64,000 nt of DNA, from NCBI GenBank assembly GCA_043814605.1, contig JBDRJV010000010.1, positions 1,340 to 65,339 of the forward strand. The letters are read 5' to 3'. This DNA is from Candidatus Omnitrophota bacterium (GTDB taxonomy: Bacteria > Omnitrophota > Gorgyraeia > B26-G9). Of the stretch, positions 51,104-61,386 are shown one piece after another. The first letter of the stretch is position 1, and each line of letters opens with the position of its first letter. Both the position numbers and the translations under genes were made by a program. The notes beneath the pieces are model-generated. The model did no database searches, was not told where the DNA came from, and saw only the letters and a list, made by a program, of their open reading frames with translations.

Positions 51104-51806
51104 GGCGAAAATTAAGGCAAAGATTAAAGAAGTTTTTTTTAGTTTGCAGGGAGAAGGGCCTTATTTAGGCACAGGGCACATCTTTGTGCGTTTTGATGCT
51201 TGTAATATAAATTGTGTTTATTGTGATACTCAGGCAAAAATAAACCGCAAAGCTGATAAAGTCAAAGAATATACAGTGCCGCAGCTAACAACGCGAGTTT
51301 TAGCTTTACAAAAAAAAAATAACGCACAGTTTTTAAGTTTAACTGGCGGAGAACCGCTGCTTTATGTTGATTTTATTAAAGAATTTTTGAAAAAGATTAA
51401 GCAAAAAAAATTATTAATTTATCTTGAGACCAACGGCATACTATATGCTGATTTTGCTCAAATCAGAGAATTGATCGATATCGTGGCTATGGATGTGAAG
51501 CTGCCGAGTTCCGGCAAACATAAATCTTTTTGGCTTGAACATGAGAAATTTTTAAAATTGTGCCGCGGGAAAAATATTTTTATTAAAGCTATAATCTGCT
51601 TAAAAACTACAATTGCGGATATAAAAAAGCTGACAAATTTAATTGCCCGGGTGGATAGAAACAAAATACTAATTTTACAGCCAAACAGTGATGATTTGTC
51701 TAAAGAATTAATAAAAAAGATGATGATGTTTAAGCAAATTGCTCAGAATAAGATTAAAGATGTCCGGATTATTCCTCAAATGCATAAACTTATCGGAGTT
51801 AAGTGA
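51096..51806 (+). CDS. queE: 7-carboxy-7-deazaguanine synthase (radical SAM)
   Basis: F.SLQGEG, CNINC.YCDT, TGGEP, ETNG, PQMHK. Confidence 0.94.
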   Translation: MHKAKIKAKIKEVFFSLQGEGPYLGTGHIFVRFDACNINCVYCDTQAKINRKADKVKEYTVPQLTTRVLALQKKNNAQFLSLTGGEPLLYVDFIKEFLKKIKQKKLLIYLETNGILYADFAQIRELIDIVAMDVKLPSSGKHKSFWLEHEKFLKLCRGKNIFIKAIICLKTTIADIKKLTNLIARVDRNKILILQPNSDDLSKELIKKMMMFKQIAQNKIKDVRIIPQMHKLIGVK

Positions 51807-51831
51807 TATTAAAAAAGGGAAAATAGAAAAA

Positions 51832-52257
51832 ATGAAAAAAAATCAAAGAACATTAAGTGATTATGAAAATCTGCAAAAAAAAGTACGGAAATTTAAAATG
51901 CCCGAGGTTGAAGTATGGCAAAATATGTATGCTGATAAAAATTACTGGATTCAAATGGATATTCTGGAATTCACCTGTATTTGTCCGAAGACCGGATTAC
52001 CGGATTTTGCCCAAATCACTGTTGAGTATAGCCCGGGGAAATATTGTTTAGAATTGAAATCATTAAAATACTATATTAATGCTTACCGAGATTTAGGGGT
52101 TTTCCATGAACATGCAGTCAATAGAATTTTAGATGATTTAGTTAAGTCCTGTAAGCCGCGGCAGATGATTGTAACCGGTGATTTTAATTTACGCGGGGGG
52201 ATTAAAACCACAGTTAGTGCAGAGTTTAAAGAGAAAAAGACAAAGGGTAAAAGATAA
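51832..52257 (+). CDS. queF: preQ1 synthase (type I QueF)
   Basis: EFTCICPKTGLPDFA, ELKSLK.Y, HE, RGGI; ATG at 51832 more likely than 51739. Confidence 0.95.
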   Translation: MKKNQRTLSDYENLQKKVRKFKMPEVEVWQNMYADKNYWIQMDILEFTCICPKTGLPDFAQITVEYSPGKYCLELKSLKYYINAYRDLGVFHEHAVNRILDDLVKSCKPRQMIVTGDFNLRGGIKTTVSAEFKEKKTKGKR

Positions 52258-53096
52258 TGCGAAGGGTAACCGCAGAATTAATAAAGGATAAGGTTATTAA
52301 GACAGCAATTTTAGCCAATATAAAATTGCGGGCTGATGTTTTGGCGTGTTTGAAAAATGCATGCTTAAAAGAAAAAAATAGTTTAGCTAAAAAAGCTATT
52401 TCCTCAATCATTGAAAATGCAGAGATTGCGCAAAAGAAAAAAATAGCAATTTGTCAGGATACAGGCTTACCCGTTGTTTTTGCGGAGATTGGTAATGAGG
52501 TTTTTATTGATGGAGATATTAAGAAAATCATAATTCAAGCTGTCGGGAACGCTTACCGGGATACAGCGCTGCGTGCTTCTATCCAAGCTGATCCTATTAC
52601 GCGAAGCAGAAAAAATTCATTTTCTCCCTGTATTGTGCATACAGATGTTATCAAAGGGAAAAAAATAAAAATCACGTTAATGCCTAAAGGATTTGGGTCG
52701 GAAAATAAAGCACAAGTGAAAATGTTATCTCCTACGGCAACCGTACAGGAGATTGAAGATTTTATTGTCCAAACTGTAAAGCAGGCTGGAGCCAGTGCTT
52801 GTCCGCCTTATATCATTGGGGTCGGGATAGGAGGGACACAAGACTATGCCGCTCTTTTAGCTAAAAAAGCATTACTTAATCCGATCAGTAAACAAAATAA
52901 AAATTTAAAGTTAGCAAAATTGGAAAAACAATTATTAAAAAAAATTAATAAACTTAACATCGGAGCTTTTGGTTTTAAAGGAAAAAATACAGCAATAGCC
53001 GTAAAAATTAAAACTTATCCGACGCATATCGCCGGATTGCCGGTGGCCGTGAATATCAGTTGTCACGCATTAAGAAGTGCGAGTGTTACGATTTAG
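52257..53096 (+). CDS. Fe-S fumarate/tartrate hydro-lyase alpha subunit
   Basis: CQDTG, KGFGSEN, ACPP..IGVGIGG, HIAGLPVAVNISCHA.R. Confidence 0.92.
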   Translation: MRRVTAELIKDKVIKTAILANIKLRADVLACLKNACLKEKNSLAKKAISSIIENAEIAQKKKIAICQDTGLPVVFAEIGNEVFIDGDIKKIIIQAVGNAYRDTALRASIQADPITRSRKNSFSPCIVHTDVIKGKKIKITLMPKGFGSENKAQVKMLSPTATVQEIEDFIVQTVKQAGASACPPYIIGVGIGGTQDYAALLAKKALLNPISKQNKNLKLAKLEKQLLKKINKLNIGAFGFKGKNTAIAVKIKTYPTHIAGLPVAVNISCHALRSASVTI

Positions 53097-53182
53097 GGGA
53101 TAGAGGGTTAATCCAATATTTTGGATTCTTAATCCTAAACCATAGAAAAACACGGATGATATTATTAAAAATTATTAATCCT

Positions 53183-53209
53183 GTAGGGTTCAGGCATGCC
53201 TGAACCGTA
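53183..53209 (+). repeat. GTAG-type REP-like palindrome
   Basis: GTAG followed by GGTTCAGGC-AT-GCCTGAACC in the spacer between the hydro-lyase subunit genes. Confidence 0.6.
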
Positions 53210-53244
53210 ATTTAAGAAATGGTTATTAAATAGAAGAAAGATTA

Positions 53245-53772
53245 ATGAAGATACTAAAAGATCCATTAACAAAAAATGATATTAAGAATCTAAAAGCTGG
53301 GCAGGAAATTGCCTACAGCGGAATTTTATATACAGCACGCGATCAAGCACATCAGCGTATTGTAAATATGCTTAAACATAAAAAAAAATTACCATTTTCT
53401 TTAAAAAATAAACTGATCTATTATTGCGGGCCTAACCCGGCACAAAAAGGAAGAGTGATCGGAGCTTGTGGTCCCACAACATCAAGCCGGATGGATGTGT
53501 TTACGCCAAAATTATATGAAAACGGAATATTAGGGACTCTGGGTAAAGGAGAAAGATCTAAAGAGGTAATCAAGGCAATAAAAAAATATAAAGGAATATA
53601 TTTTGTTACCTACGCTGGCTGCGGAGCTTTGTTATCAGAATATGTAGTAAATAAACGTTTAGTATGCTTTGCGGATTTAGGGACAGAAGCAGTGTTTGCT
53701 TTAGAAGTAAAAAATTTTCCTTTGATTGTGGGGATTGATACCAGGGGGGTAAATATTTATGAGTATCGTTAA
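53245..53772 (+). CDS. Fe-S fumarate/tartrate hydro-lyase beta subunit
   Basis: [29 protein letters not shown]. Confidence 0.92.
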   Translation: MKILKDPLTKNDIKNLKAGQEIAYSGILYTARDQAHQRIVNMLKHKKKLPFSLKNKLIYYCGPNPAQKGRVIGACGPTTSSRMDVFTPKLYENGILGTLGKGERSKEVIKAIKKYKGIYFVTYAGCGALLSEYVVNKRLVCFADLGTEAVFALEVKNFPLIVGIDTRGVNIYEYR

Positions 53773-54493
53773 TAAACGTAAACCGGATACAATACGTAAG
53801 GTTACAATGACCAGAAATATTATGAAGTATGCAGAAGGTTCTTGTCTAATTGAGATCGGTAACACTAAAGTGATTTGTACGGCATCGTGCGAAGATAAAG
53901 TGCCGCTTTTCTTAAGAGATAAAGGACAAGGCTGGATTACTGCAGAATATGGTATGCTGCCGCGTTCTTGCCGCAGCCGGATTGCGCGGGAATCAAGTTT
54001 AGGCAAACAAGGCGGCCGGACACAGGAAATTCAACGTTTAATCGGGCGTTCTTTGCGTACCGTAGTTGATTTAAAACAATTAGGCGAAAGAACAATTTGG
54101 ATTGATTGTGATGTATTGCAAGCGGATGGCGGCACACGTACAGCCAGTATTACCGGAAGTTTTGTGGCACTGGTTGATGCTCTTTATAAGTTGCAAACTG
54201 CCGGAACAATTCCGATTTTTCCTGTAAGAAAATATGTTGCGGCAATCAGTGTCGGCATTGTAAACGGCCAGGCAGTATTAGATTTAGATTATGAACAAGA
54301 TTCTCAGGCTGATGTAGATATGAATGTGATTATGACCTCATCTGGTGAATTTATTGAATTGCAAGGCACTGCTGAGAAAAAACCTTTTAGCCAAAAGCAG
54401 TTAACTCAATTAACGAGGCTGGCAAAGAAAGGTATTGATAAATTAATTAAATTGCAAAAAAAAGCACTCAAAGACATTCCCTTGCATTTTTAA
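53759..54493 (+). CDS. rph: Ribonuclease PH
   Basis: [43 protein letters not shown]. Confidence 0.97.
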   Translation: MSIVNKRKPDTIRKVTMTRNIMKYAEGSCLIEIGNTKVICTASCEDKVPLFLRDKGQGWITAEYGMLPRSCRSRIARESSLGKQGGRTQEIQRLIGRSLRTVVDLKQLGERTIWIDCDVLQADGGTRTASITGSFVALVDALYKLQTAGTIPIFPVRKYVAAISVGIVNGQAVLDLDYEQDSQADVDMNVIMTSSGEFIELQGTAEKKPFSQKQLTQLTRLAKKGIDKLIKLQKKALKDIPLHF

Positions 54494-54586
54494 TTTTTTA
54501 AGTAGCGAGAGTATTTTAAACTCTCTACTTGTTACTCGCTTGTGCCCTTAAGGGTGCTACTTGTTACTTTAAAAGAGGAGAAAGTA

Positions 54587-55210
54587 GTGGAGGTTGTAGT
54601 TTCAACACGTAATAAAAATAAGTTTAAAGAAATCTACCGGATTTTAAAAGACAAAAAAATTAAAGTAATCAGTTTAGAAAAATTTTCACATATTCCAGAG
54701 GTAAAAGAAAACGGAAAAACTTTTAATGCTAATGCCTGCAAAAAAGCTCTAGAAATTGCTAAAATAACAAAACACTTAACGGTTGCGGATGATTCAGGAT
54801 TAGAAGTGGCTGTTCTAAATAATACGCCGGGTATCTATTCCGCACGTTTTTCCGGGCCGGGGGCAACATATGAAAAAAATAATGAAAAGCTTTTAACAAA
54901 ATTAAAAGGTGTTCCCAAATCAAAAAGAAAGGCGCGCTTTGTTTGTTGTGTTGCCGTTGCCGATGCTCAAGGTATTATTGATGTTGTTGAGGGATTTTAT
55001 CCGGGGTTTATTCTTGATAAAATAAAAGGGAAAAATGGGTTTGGCTATGACCCGGTTTTTTATTGCCCCAGGCTTAAAAAAACATTTGCGCAAATATCAA
55101 GTTTGCAGAAAAATAGAATAAGCCATAGAGCCCGAGCGTTTAATAAAGCTAAAAAAGTAATTTTGCGTTATATTGAAAATAAAAAAAATAAAAAGGAAAA
55201 ATTATTATGA
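54587..55210 (+). CDS. rdgB: Non-canonical purine NTP pyrophosphatase
   Basis: T.NKNK..E, ADDSGL, PGIYSARF, GFGYDP, KNRISHR; GTG start after GAGGAG. Confidence 0.95.
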   Translation: MEVVVSTRNKNKFKEIYRILKDKKIKVISLEKFSHIPEVKENGKTFNANACKKALEIAKITKHLTVADDSGLEVAVLNNTPGIYSARFSGPGATYEKNNEKLLTKLKGVPKSKRKARFVCCVAVADAQGIIDVVEGFYPGFILDKIKGKNGFGYDPVFYCPRLKKTFAQISSLQKNRISHRARAFNKAKKVILRYIENKKNKKEKLL

Positions 55211-56994
55211 ATTTATATTTCAGGTTATTAAGATTTATTAAACCGCATATGTTCACATTATCATTGGCAGTTTTATTTATGGTTTTTTCTGCATTCTTTG
55301 ATAGCGTATCATTAACAATGTTAGTGCCCTTGAGTGATAAAGTTCTCAGCCAAAATCCGATAATTTTTGACCGGCCATTACCTGAATTTTTAACTGTTTT
55401 AATTAATAAAATTAATGTAACAGAGTCTTTAGTGCTGCTTAATTTTACGGTCATCGCAATTATAATTTTATTTATTTTAAAAGGGCTGTTTTTCTTTGGC
55501 CGTACATATTTAATCACAAAATTAAGCCAATTGGTTATTCGGGATATTCGAGACGGGATTTATAAAAAGATTCAAAATTTTTCTCTTGATTATTTTACGC
55601 AAAGTGCAACCGGACACCTTGTTTCCCGGATAACTTATGATGTAGATATCTTAAAAGGGATAATCTCTGTCGGGATAACAGATTTAGTATATCAATTTTT
55701 GACAATGATATTTTTGGCATCCATAGTTTTTTATATCAACTGGAAATGGGCATTAATGTCGGTGGGAATTATTCCTATTGTCGCATTTCCGATTTTTAGT
55801 ATCGGGAAAGTGATTAAAAAAATTAGCACACAAGCCCAGGAAAAAATGGGAGATTTAAATCGTAAATTATTTGAAACTATTTCCGGGGTTAGAATCGTAA
55901 AAGCATTTTCTATGGAAGATGAAGAAATTAATAAAGTAGGAAATCATAACAATGCTTTTTATAAAATTATGATGCGGATGCAAAGAAGGACTCTCTTGCT
56001 TGGGCCCATGACAGAAATTATCGGTGCTTGCGGCGGAGCCGTGGTGCTTTATTATGGAGGGCGGGAGGTTATAAATCAGCAAATGTCTTTTGGGATTTTC
56101 GTTTTATTTTTAGGGGCTTTGTTATCATTGATCCGGCCTTGCCGCAGATTGAGTGAAATCCACAGTATTAATCAGCAAGGACTGGCTGCGGCAAGACGTG
56201 TATTTGACATCTTAGATGCACCGATAAAAGTAACGGAGAAAAAAGATGCGATTGAATTACCCCTTATAAGTAAAGAGATTGTTTTTGAAAATTTAAGTTT
56301 TGGTTACGATGAAAAAATGATTTTAGAAAATATTAATTTGAAGGTCAAAAAGGGGGAAGTTATTGGTTTGGTAGGGGCGAGCGGGGTGGGAAAAACAACA
56401 TTGGTTAATTTAATCCCGCGTTTTTATGATCCGATTAAAGGCGCAGTTAAAATCGATGGTATTGACTTAAAAGATGTAACTTTTAAATCTTTGAGAAAAC
56501 AAATAGGTATTGTTACCCAGGATTTAATGCTTTTCCATGACAGTGTAAAAAATAATATTGCCTACAGCCGTGAAGATGCGAGTGAGGAAGAGATAATCAA
56601 AGCCGCAAAAGTAGCCGAAGCGCATGATTTTATTATAGAGTTACCGCAAGGATATGACACTGTTATCGGGGATATGGGGATGAAACTTTCCGGCGGTCAA
56701 AAGCAGCGTTTAGCCATAGCGCGAGCAGTTCTAGACAATCCGCCGATTCTGATATTGGACGAAGCAACTTCTCAATTAGATGCGGAATCCACCCGTTTGG
56801 TACAAGAAGCGTTGGATAAATTATTAGTAAACCGGACAGCATTTGTAATTGCCCATCGCCTGGCGACAGTGAAAAAACTGGAACGAATTCTTGTTTTTGA
56901 TGATGGTAAGATTATTGAAGAAGGTACACATAATGAATTAATGAGAAAAAACGGGCCATATAAGAAACTCTTTAATTTAGAATTTCTCGCATAA
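55207..56994 (+). CDS. MsbA-like ABC exporter (fused TMD and NBD)
   Basis: Six TMs; GASGVGKT, LSGGQKQR, ILDEATS. Confidence 0.9.
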   Translation: MNLYFRLLRFIKPHMFTLSLAVLFMVFSAFFDSVSLTMLVPLSDKVLSQNPIIFDRPLPEFLTVLINKINVTESLVLLNFTVIAIIILFILKGLFFFGRTYLITKLSQLVIRDIRDGIYKKIQNFSLDYFTQSATGHLVSRITYDVDILKGIISVGITDLVYQFLTMIFLASIVFYINWKWALMSVGIIPIVAFPIFSIGKVIKKISTQAQEKMGDLNRKLFETISGVRIVKAFSMEDEEINKVGNHNNAFYKIMMRMQRRTLLLGPMTEIIGACGGAVVLYYGGREVINQQMSFGIFVLFLGALLSLIRPCRRLSEIHSINQQGLAAARRVFDILDAPIKVTEKKDAIELPLISKEIVFENLSFGYDEKMILENINLKVKKGEVIGLVGASGVGKTTLVNLIPRFYDPIKGAVKIDGIDLKDVTFKSLRKQIGIVTQDLMLFHDSVKNNIAYSREDASEEEIIKAAKVAEAHDFIIELPQGYDTVIGDMGMKLSGGQKQRLAIARAVLDNPPILILDEATSQLDAESTRLVQEALDKLLVNRTAFVIAHRLATVKKLERILVFDDGKIIEEGTHNELMRKNGPYKKLFNLEFLA

Positions 56995-57188
56995 ATAATT
57001 GCTTTAAAAATAAATTTTTAGTATAACCTTAAGAAACATATAAAGATATAATTTTTTAAAAAAATATAAAAAATGCTTGTAAAAATAAAAAGTTATGATA
57101 TAGTATTAAAACATTAAATAATTAATTTTCTTAGAAATATTAAATTTTTGAAACTTCAGTAATTTTTTTAATTAAAAGGAGGAATAAT

Positions 57189-58040
57189 TTGGCAGTTTCT
57201 ATAAAAGAACTATTAGAAGCAGGGGTACATTTCGGCCACCAAACTAAGCGTTGGAACCCAAAAATGGCAAATTATATTTTTGGAGAACGAAATGGGATTT
57301 ATATTATAAATTTGGAAAAAACAGAAAAAGAGCTTGAAAACGCTTGCCAGTTTTTATTAAAAATTGCCAGCCGGGGAGAGAACATTCTTTTTGTCGGAAC
57401 TAAGAAACAGGCTCAGCAGGCAGTTGTGGATGAAGCTAATCGCTGCGGCATGTTTTTTGTTGATCAACGCTGGCTGGGGGGTACGCTGACAAATTTTGAA
57501 ACTATTCGTAAAAGTATAAAGCGTTTGGATCAGCTGGAAAAAATGCGGGATGATGGAACTTTTGATAAGCTGAAAAAGAAAGAAATTGCAGTTTTCAACA
57601 AAGAAATGTCTAAATTACTTAAAAATTTAGGCGGGATCAGAACCATGAACAAGTTGCCGAGTGCAATTTTTATTGTTGATGTTAAAAAGGAAGAGACGGC
57701 AGTAAAAGAAGCGCGTCGTTTAAATATTCCGGTGGTAGCTTTAGTGGATACAAATTCCGATCCGGACATTATTGATTATGTTATTCCCGGTAATGATGAT
57801 GCCATAAAATCAATCCGGTTAGTTGCCGCAACAATTGCCGATGCAATTTTAGAAGGTAAAAGTAAGTATTTAAAAACTGATGCTGCTGCGCCGAAAAAAG
57901 AAGAAGTTATCGATAAGGCTGAAAAAATTGAAAAAAAAGAAGATGCTCAAGTAAAAAAATCTGAACCTAGGATAAAAAAACAAGAAACAGCAACTTCTGT
58001 AAAAAGGGGAGCAAAAGCAAAAAGAAAGGTTGAAAAGTAA
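57189..58040 (+). CDS. rpsB: 30S ribosomal protein S2
   Basis: [19 protein letters not shown]. Confidence 0.98.
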   Translation: MAVSIKELLEAGVHFGHQTKRWNPKMANYIFGERNGIYIINLEKTEKELENACQFLLKIASRGENILFVGTKKQAQQAVVDEANRCGMFFVDQRWLGGTLTNFETIRKSIKRLDQLEKMRDDGTFDKLKKKEIAVFNKEMSKLLKNLGGIRTMNKLPSAIFIVDVKKEETAVKEARRLNIPVVALVDTNSDPDIIDYVIPGNDDAIKSIRLVAATIADAILEGKSKYLKTDAAAPKKEEVIDKAEKIEKKEDAQVKKSEPRIKKQETATSVKRGAKAKRKVEK

Positions 58041-58633
58041 TGGCCGTATCTACAGAACAAATTAAGCTTTTAAGAGAAAAAACCGGCGCCGGGTTTATGG
58101 ATTGCAAAAAAGTTCTCTCTGAAACCGGGGGTGACATTGAAAAAGCAATTGCGGAATTGAGAAAAAAAGGTCTGGCTGTAGCTGCGAAAAGGTCCGGGCG
58201 TACAGCTAAAGAAGGATTGGTCGAGTCTTATATCCATATGGGCGGTAAAATCGGAGTTATGGTTGAAATAAATTGTGAAACTGATTTTGTGGCCCGGAAT
58301 GAAGATTTTAAACAATTTGTGAAAGATGTAGCAATGCACATTGCTGCGGCAAATCCAACCTATCTTAATAGTGATGAGGTGCCTGAGGAAATTATCGAAA
58401 GAGAAAAAGATATCATTAAATCTCAAGCTGGAAATAAACCGGCAAATGTTGTCGAAAAAATGATTGCGGGTAAATTAAATAAATTTTATCAAGAGGTCTG
58501 TCTTTTAGACCAGCCTTTTGTTAAGGATGATAAAATAAGTATTAAAGATTATTTAAATTCTGTTATCGCTAAAATTGGTGAAAATATTTTAATCCGAAGA
58601 TTTGCCCGTTTCCAGCTAGGAGAGGAGTTATAA
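58040..58633 (+). CDS. tsf: Elongation factor Ts (short form)
   Basis: [21 protein letters not shown]. Confidence 0.97.
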   Translation: MAVSTEQIKLLREKTGAGFMDCKKVLSETGGDIEKAIAELRKKGLAVAAKRSGRTAKEGLVESYIHMGGKIGVMVEINCETDFVARNEDFKQFVKDVAMHIAAANPTYLNSDEVPEEIIEREKDIIKSQAGNKPANVVEKMIAGKLNKFYQEVCLLDQPFVKDDKISIKDYLNSVIAKIGENILIRRFARFQLGEEL

Positions 58634-58635
58634 TT

Positions 58636-59355
58636 TTGAAGAAAAAACCAGCATTCCGCCGAATTGTGCTCAAGCTCAGCGGTGAAGCATTGCAAAATGC
58701 CAAAAAAGGTTACGGTATTGATGCGGGTGTGCTTTTAGAAATAGCGGAGCAATTGAAGGAAATTAAAAGTCTGGGGTTGGAAATTGCCGTGATTGTTGGT
58801 GCAGGTAATATTTTTCGTGCGGCTTCCACCATCGGCCGGGCGATTGAAAGGGTTACCGCGGATTACATGGGGATGCTTGCCACGGTTATTAATGGCCTGG
58901 CTTTACAAGATGCTTTAGAAAAATTAGGTGTACATACCCGTGTCCAAACAGCTATTGATATGCAGGAACTAGCGGAACCTTATATCCGCAGAAAAGCGGT
59001 CCGGCATTTAGAAAAAGGCAGAATTGTAATTTTTACGGGCGGCACGGGAAATCCGTATTTTACAACTGATACCGCGGCTGCTCTCAGAGCGACAGAGATA
59101 AATGCTGATGTTATTTTGAAGGCAACTAAAGTTGACGGTGTTTATTCTGATGATCCGGTTAAAAATAAAAAAGCGAAAAAATTTAATAAATTAAGCTACA
59201 TTGAAGTAGTTAATAAAAACCTCAAGGTGATGGATCGTACAGCGGTGACACTTTGCATGGAAAACAAATTACCGATTGTGGTTTTTAATTTATTCAAAAA
59301 AGGTAATATTAAAAGAGCAGTTTTGGGCGAAAACATTGGTACGCTTGTTGAGTAA
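58636..59355 (+). CDS. pyrH: UMP kinase
   Basis: [28 protein letters not shown]. Confidence 0.97.
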   Translation: MKKKPAFRRIVLKLSGEALQNAKKGYGIDAGVLLEIAEQLKEIKSLGLEIAVIVGAGNIFRAASTIGRAIERVTADYMGMLATVINGLALQDALEKLGVHTRVQTAIDMQELAEPYIRRKAVRHLEKGRIVIFTGGTGNPYFTTDTAAALRATEINADVILKATKVDGVYSDDPVKNKKAKKFNKLSYIEVVNKNLKVMDRTAVTLCMENKLPIVVFNLFKKGNIKRAVLGENIGTLVE

Positions 59356-59381
59356 TTAATATTAATTAGCAGGAGGTATTC

Positions 59382-59942
59382 ATGGGTGTTAAAGAAATTA
59401 TTCGTCAGACAGAAGATAAGATGAAGAAATCCGTGGATGTAATTGTAAACGATTTTAGTGCAATTAGAACTGGCCGGGCCAATTCCGGATTAGTTGAAGG
59501 CATTAGAGTTGATTACTATGGCACGCCGACGCCTCTTAAGCAATTAGCCGGGATTTCTATTCCTGAGGCAAGATTAATTGTAATTCAGCCGTGGGATCCT
59601 TCTTGTATCGGTGCGATTGAAAAAGCAATTTTAAAATCAGAATTAGGCATTACCCCTTCTAATGACGGGAAGGTAATTCGCTTGAGCGTACCGCCTTTGA
59701 CCAAAGAAAGGCGGGCAGAATTAGTTAAAGTTGTTTATAAGCTGACGGAAGAAGGCCGTATTTCAATTCGGGCTATAAGACGTGAAGCTAATGAGAGTTT
59801 AAAAAAACAAGAGAAAGATAAAAATATTACGGAAGATGACAGTTTTAAAGGTCACGAAGATATTCAAAAATTGACGGACAAATATATAAAGCAGTTAGAA
59901 GACCTTTCCCAGAAAAAAGAAGCAGATATCATGGAAGTATAG
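59382..59942 (+). CDS. frr: Ribosome recycling factor
   Basis: IRTGRAN, YYG.PTPL, PPLT.ERR. Confidence 0.97.
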   Translation: MGVKEIIRQTEDKMKKSVDVIVNDFSAIRTGRANSGLVEGIRVDYYGTPTPLKQLAGISIPEARLIVIQPWDPSCIGAIEKAILKSELGITPSNDGKVIRLSVPPLTKERRAELVKVVYKLTEEGRISIRAIRREANESLKKQEKDKNITEDDSFKGHEDIQKLTDKYIKQLEDLSQKKEADIMEV

Positions 59943-60017
59943 CAGGCAGCAGGTTGCAAGTAGCATGTAGCAGGCTAGTTATTTGAAATAAAAAAATATT
60001 TTTGTATAGAATTTAGT

Positions 60018-60093
60018 GGGCCGCTAGCTCATCTGGTAGAGCACCGCCCTTTTAAGGCGGTTGTGCTTGGTTCGAGACCAAGGCGGCTCACCA
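60018..60093 (+). tRNA. tRNA-Lys(TTT)
   Basis: Cloverleaf; ccgcc-CTTTTAA-ggcgg anticodon arm; CCA end. Confidence 0.95.
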
Positions 60094-60170
60094 TCTTTTG
60101 CTTATTTTAAGAACTATCAAATAAATAAGCTACAGATGGCAGGCCACTCAAAAAAATTTAAAAATTAAAC

Positions 60171-60248
60171 GTCCCCATCGTCTAGTTAGGTCTAGGACAA
60201 CAGATTTTCGATCTGTCGACAGGGGTTCAAATCCCCTTGGGGACGCCA
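60171..60248 (+). tRNA. tRNA-Glu(TTC)
   Basis: Cloverleaf; acaga-TTTTCGA-tctgt anticodon arm; CCA end. Confidence 0.95.
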
Positions 60249-60250
60249 TA

Positions 60251-60291
60251 AAAATAAAACCACCCATGCAATTCGGGTGGTTTTTATTTTT
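60251..60291 (+). terminator. Intrinsic terminator after the tRNAs
   Basis: aaaaccaccc / gggtggtttt stem plus T tract. Confidence 0.75.
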
Positions 60292-60349
60292 ATCACCGTA
60301 GCTGGGATTTGAAGCAAGCGAACGCAGACCTTTTAGATTCTTGGATTCT

Positions 60350-61100
60350 AATAGGGACAGCGACTATTTTATTGACTTTTTTTGCGATGATTTGTATTAT
60401 AATCATATGCCAAGAATAGCCAGATTAGTAGCCGTTGATTTGCCGCATCATATAACGCAGCGAGGTAATTATCAAAATGATATTTTTAAAGATGATGCAG
60501 ATAAGCAAATGTATATGGAGTTTATTTCTGAAGCGAGTAAGAAATTTGATCTTACAATACTAGCGTATTGCTTAATGAATAATCATGTTCATTTTATTGC
60601 AATCCCCCGAGAAGCAAATTCTTTAGCCAAAACCTTTAATACCGCCCACATGAGATATTCTCAATATTTTAATAAGAGACAAGGAGTAAAAGGGCATTTA
60701 TGGCAGGGAAGGTTTTACTCCTGTGTTTTAGATGAAGGACATTTTTTAGCCGCAATACGTTATATAGAAAGAAATCCTGTTCGGGCAAAGATAGTGAAGA
60801 AAGCCTGGGAATGGAAGTATTCTAGTGCGGGAGCGCATATTGGCAAAGATGAAAAATATTTAAATTCAGTAAAACAAATTTTTAAATATATTGATTTTAA
60901 TGAAAAAAGCTGGAAAGAGTACATCGAAAGGCAAGATAAAGAAGAAGATAAAAAGCAGATTAAAAAGCATACGATGAATGGCCGGCCTTTAGGAGAAGCC
61001 TCTTTTATTGCAAAATTAGAAAAAAACAGCGGAAGGCGATTACATGCTTTAGCTTGGGGAAGGCCTCCCAAAGCTAAATAAAATGGTCGCTGTCCCTATT
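60350..61100 (+). mobile_element. Y1-transposase element bounded by 24-bp inverted repeats
   Basis: aatagggacagcgactattttatt (60350-60373) vs aataaaatggtcgctgtccctatt (61077-61100), 23/24 complementary. Confidence 0.75.
60407..61081 (+). CDS. HUH Y1 transposase (RAYT / Y1_Tnp family)
   Basis: MPRIAR...HHITQRGN, YCLMNNHVH (HUH), HLWQGRF, YIERNPVRA, W.YSS. Confidence 0.92.
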   Translation: MPRIARLVAVDLPHHITQRGNYQNDIFKDDADKQMYMEFISEASKKFDLTILAYCLMNNHVHFIAIPREANSLAKTFNTAHMRYSQYFNKRQGVKGHLWQGRFYSCVLDEGHFLAAIRYIERNPVRAKIVKKAWEWKYSSAGAHIGKDEKYLNSVKQIFKYIDFNEKSWKEYIERQDKEEDKKQIKKHTMNGRPLGEASFIAKLEKNSGRRLHALAWGRPPKAK

Positions 61101-61103
61101 TAA

Positions 61104-61349
61104 CATGAAAATAGTATCGAATCGCTGGTTTCGTCTTTCGGCCGCAAAATAATAAAAAAAAATCTCAAACTTACACCCAAAGAGATCGAGATTTGCAATA
61201 TGGTCAAATTCGGCCTGACGACCAAGGAAATAACAAGTCTTTTAAATACTTCCTCTCTGACAATCGATAAACATCGCAGGAATATCCGCAGAAAACTCGG
61301 CCTTTCGCACAAGGATATAAACTTAACCTCTTATCTGCAAAGCCTTTAA
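61104..61349 (+). pseudogene. 5'-truncated LuxR-family regulator (C-terminal HTH only)
   Basis: Manual translation LTPKEIEICNMVKFGLTTKEITSLLNTSSLTIDKHRRNIRRKLGL...LTSYLQSL*; no start codon; begins just after the right inverted repeat. Confidence 0.8.
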
Positions 61350-61386
61350 ATCAGTGATCCCAATAAAATCTTAATAGGTATTTCTT

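Noticed and set aside
60341-60406. TTG start at 60341 for the transposase
   Set aside because: This stretch is the inverted repeat and promoter; the family-typical start MPR is at 60407.
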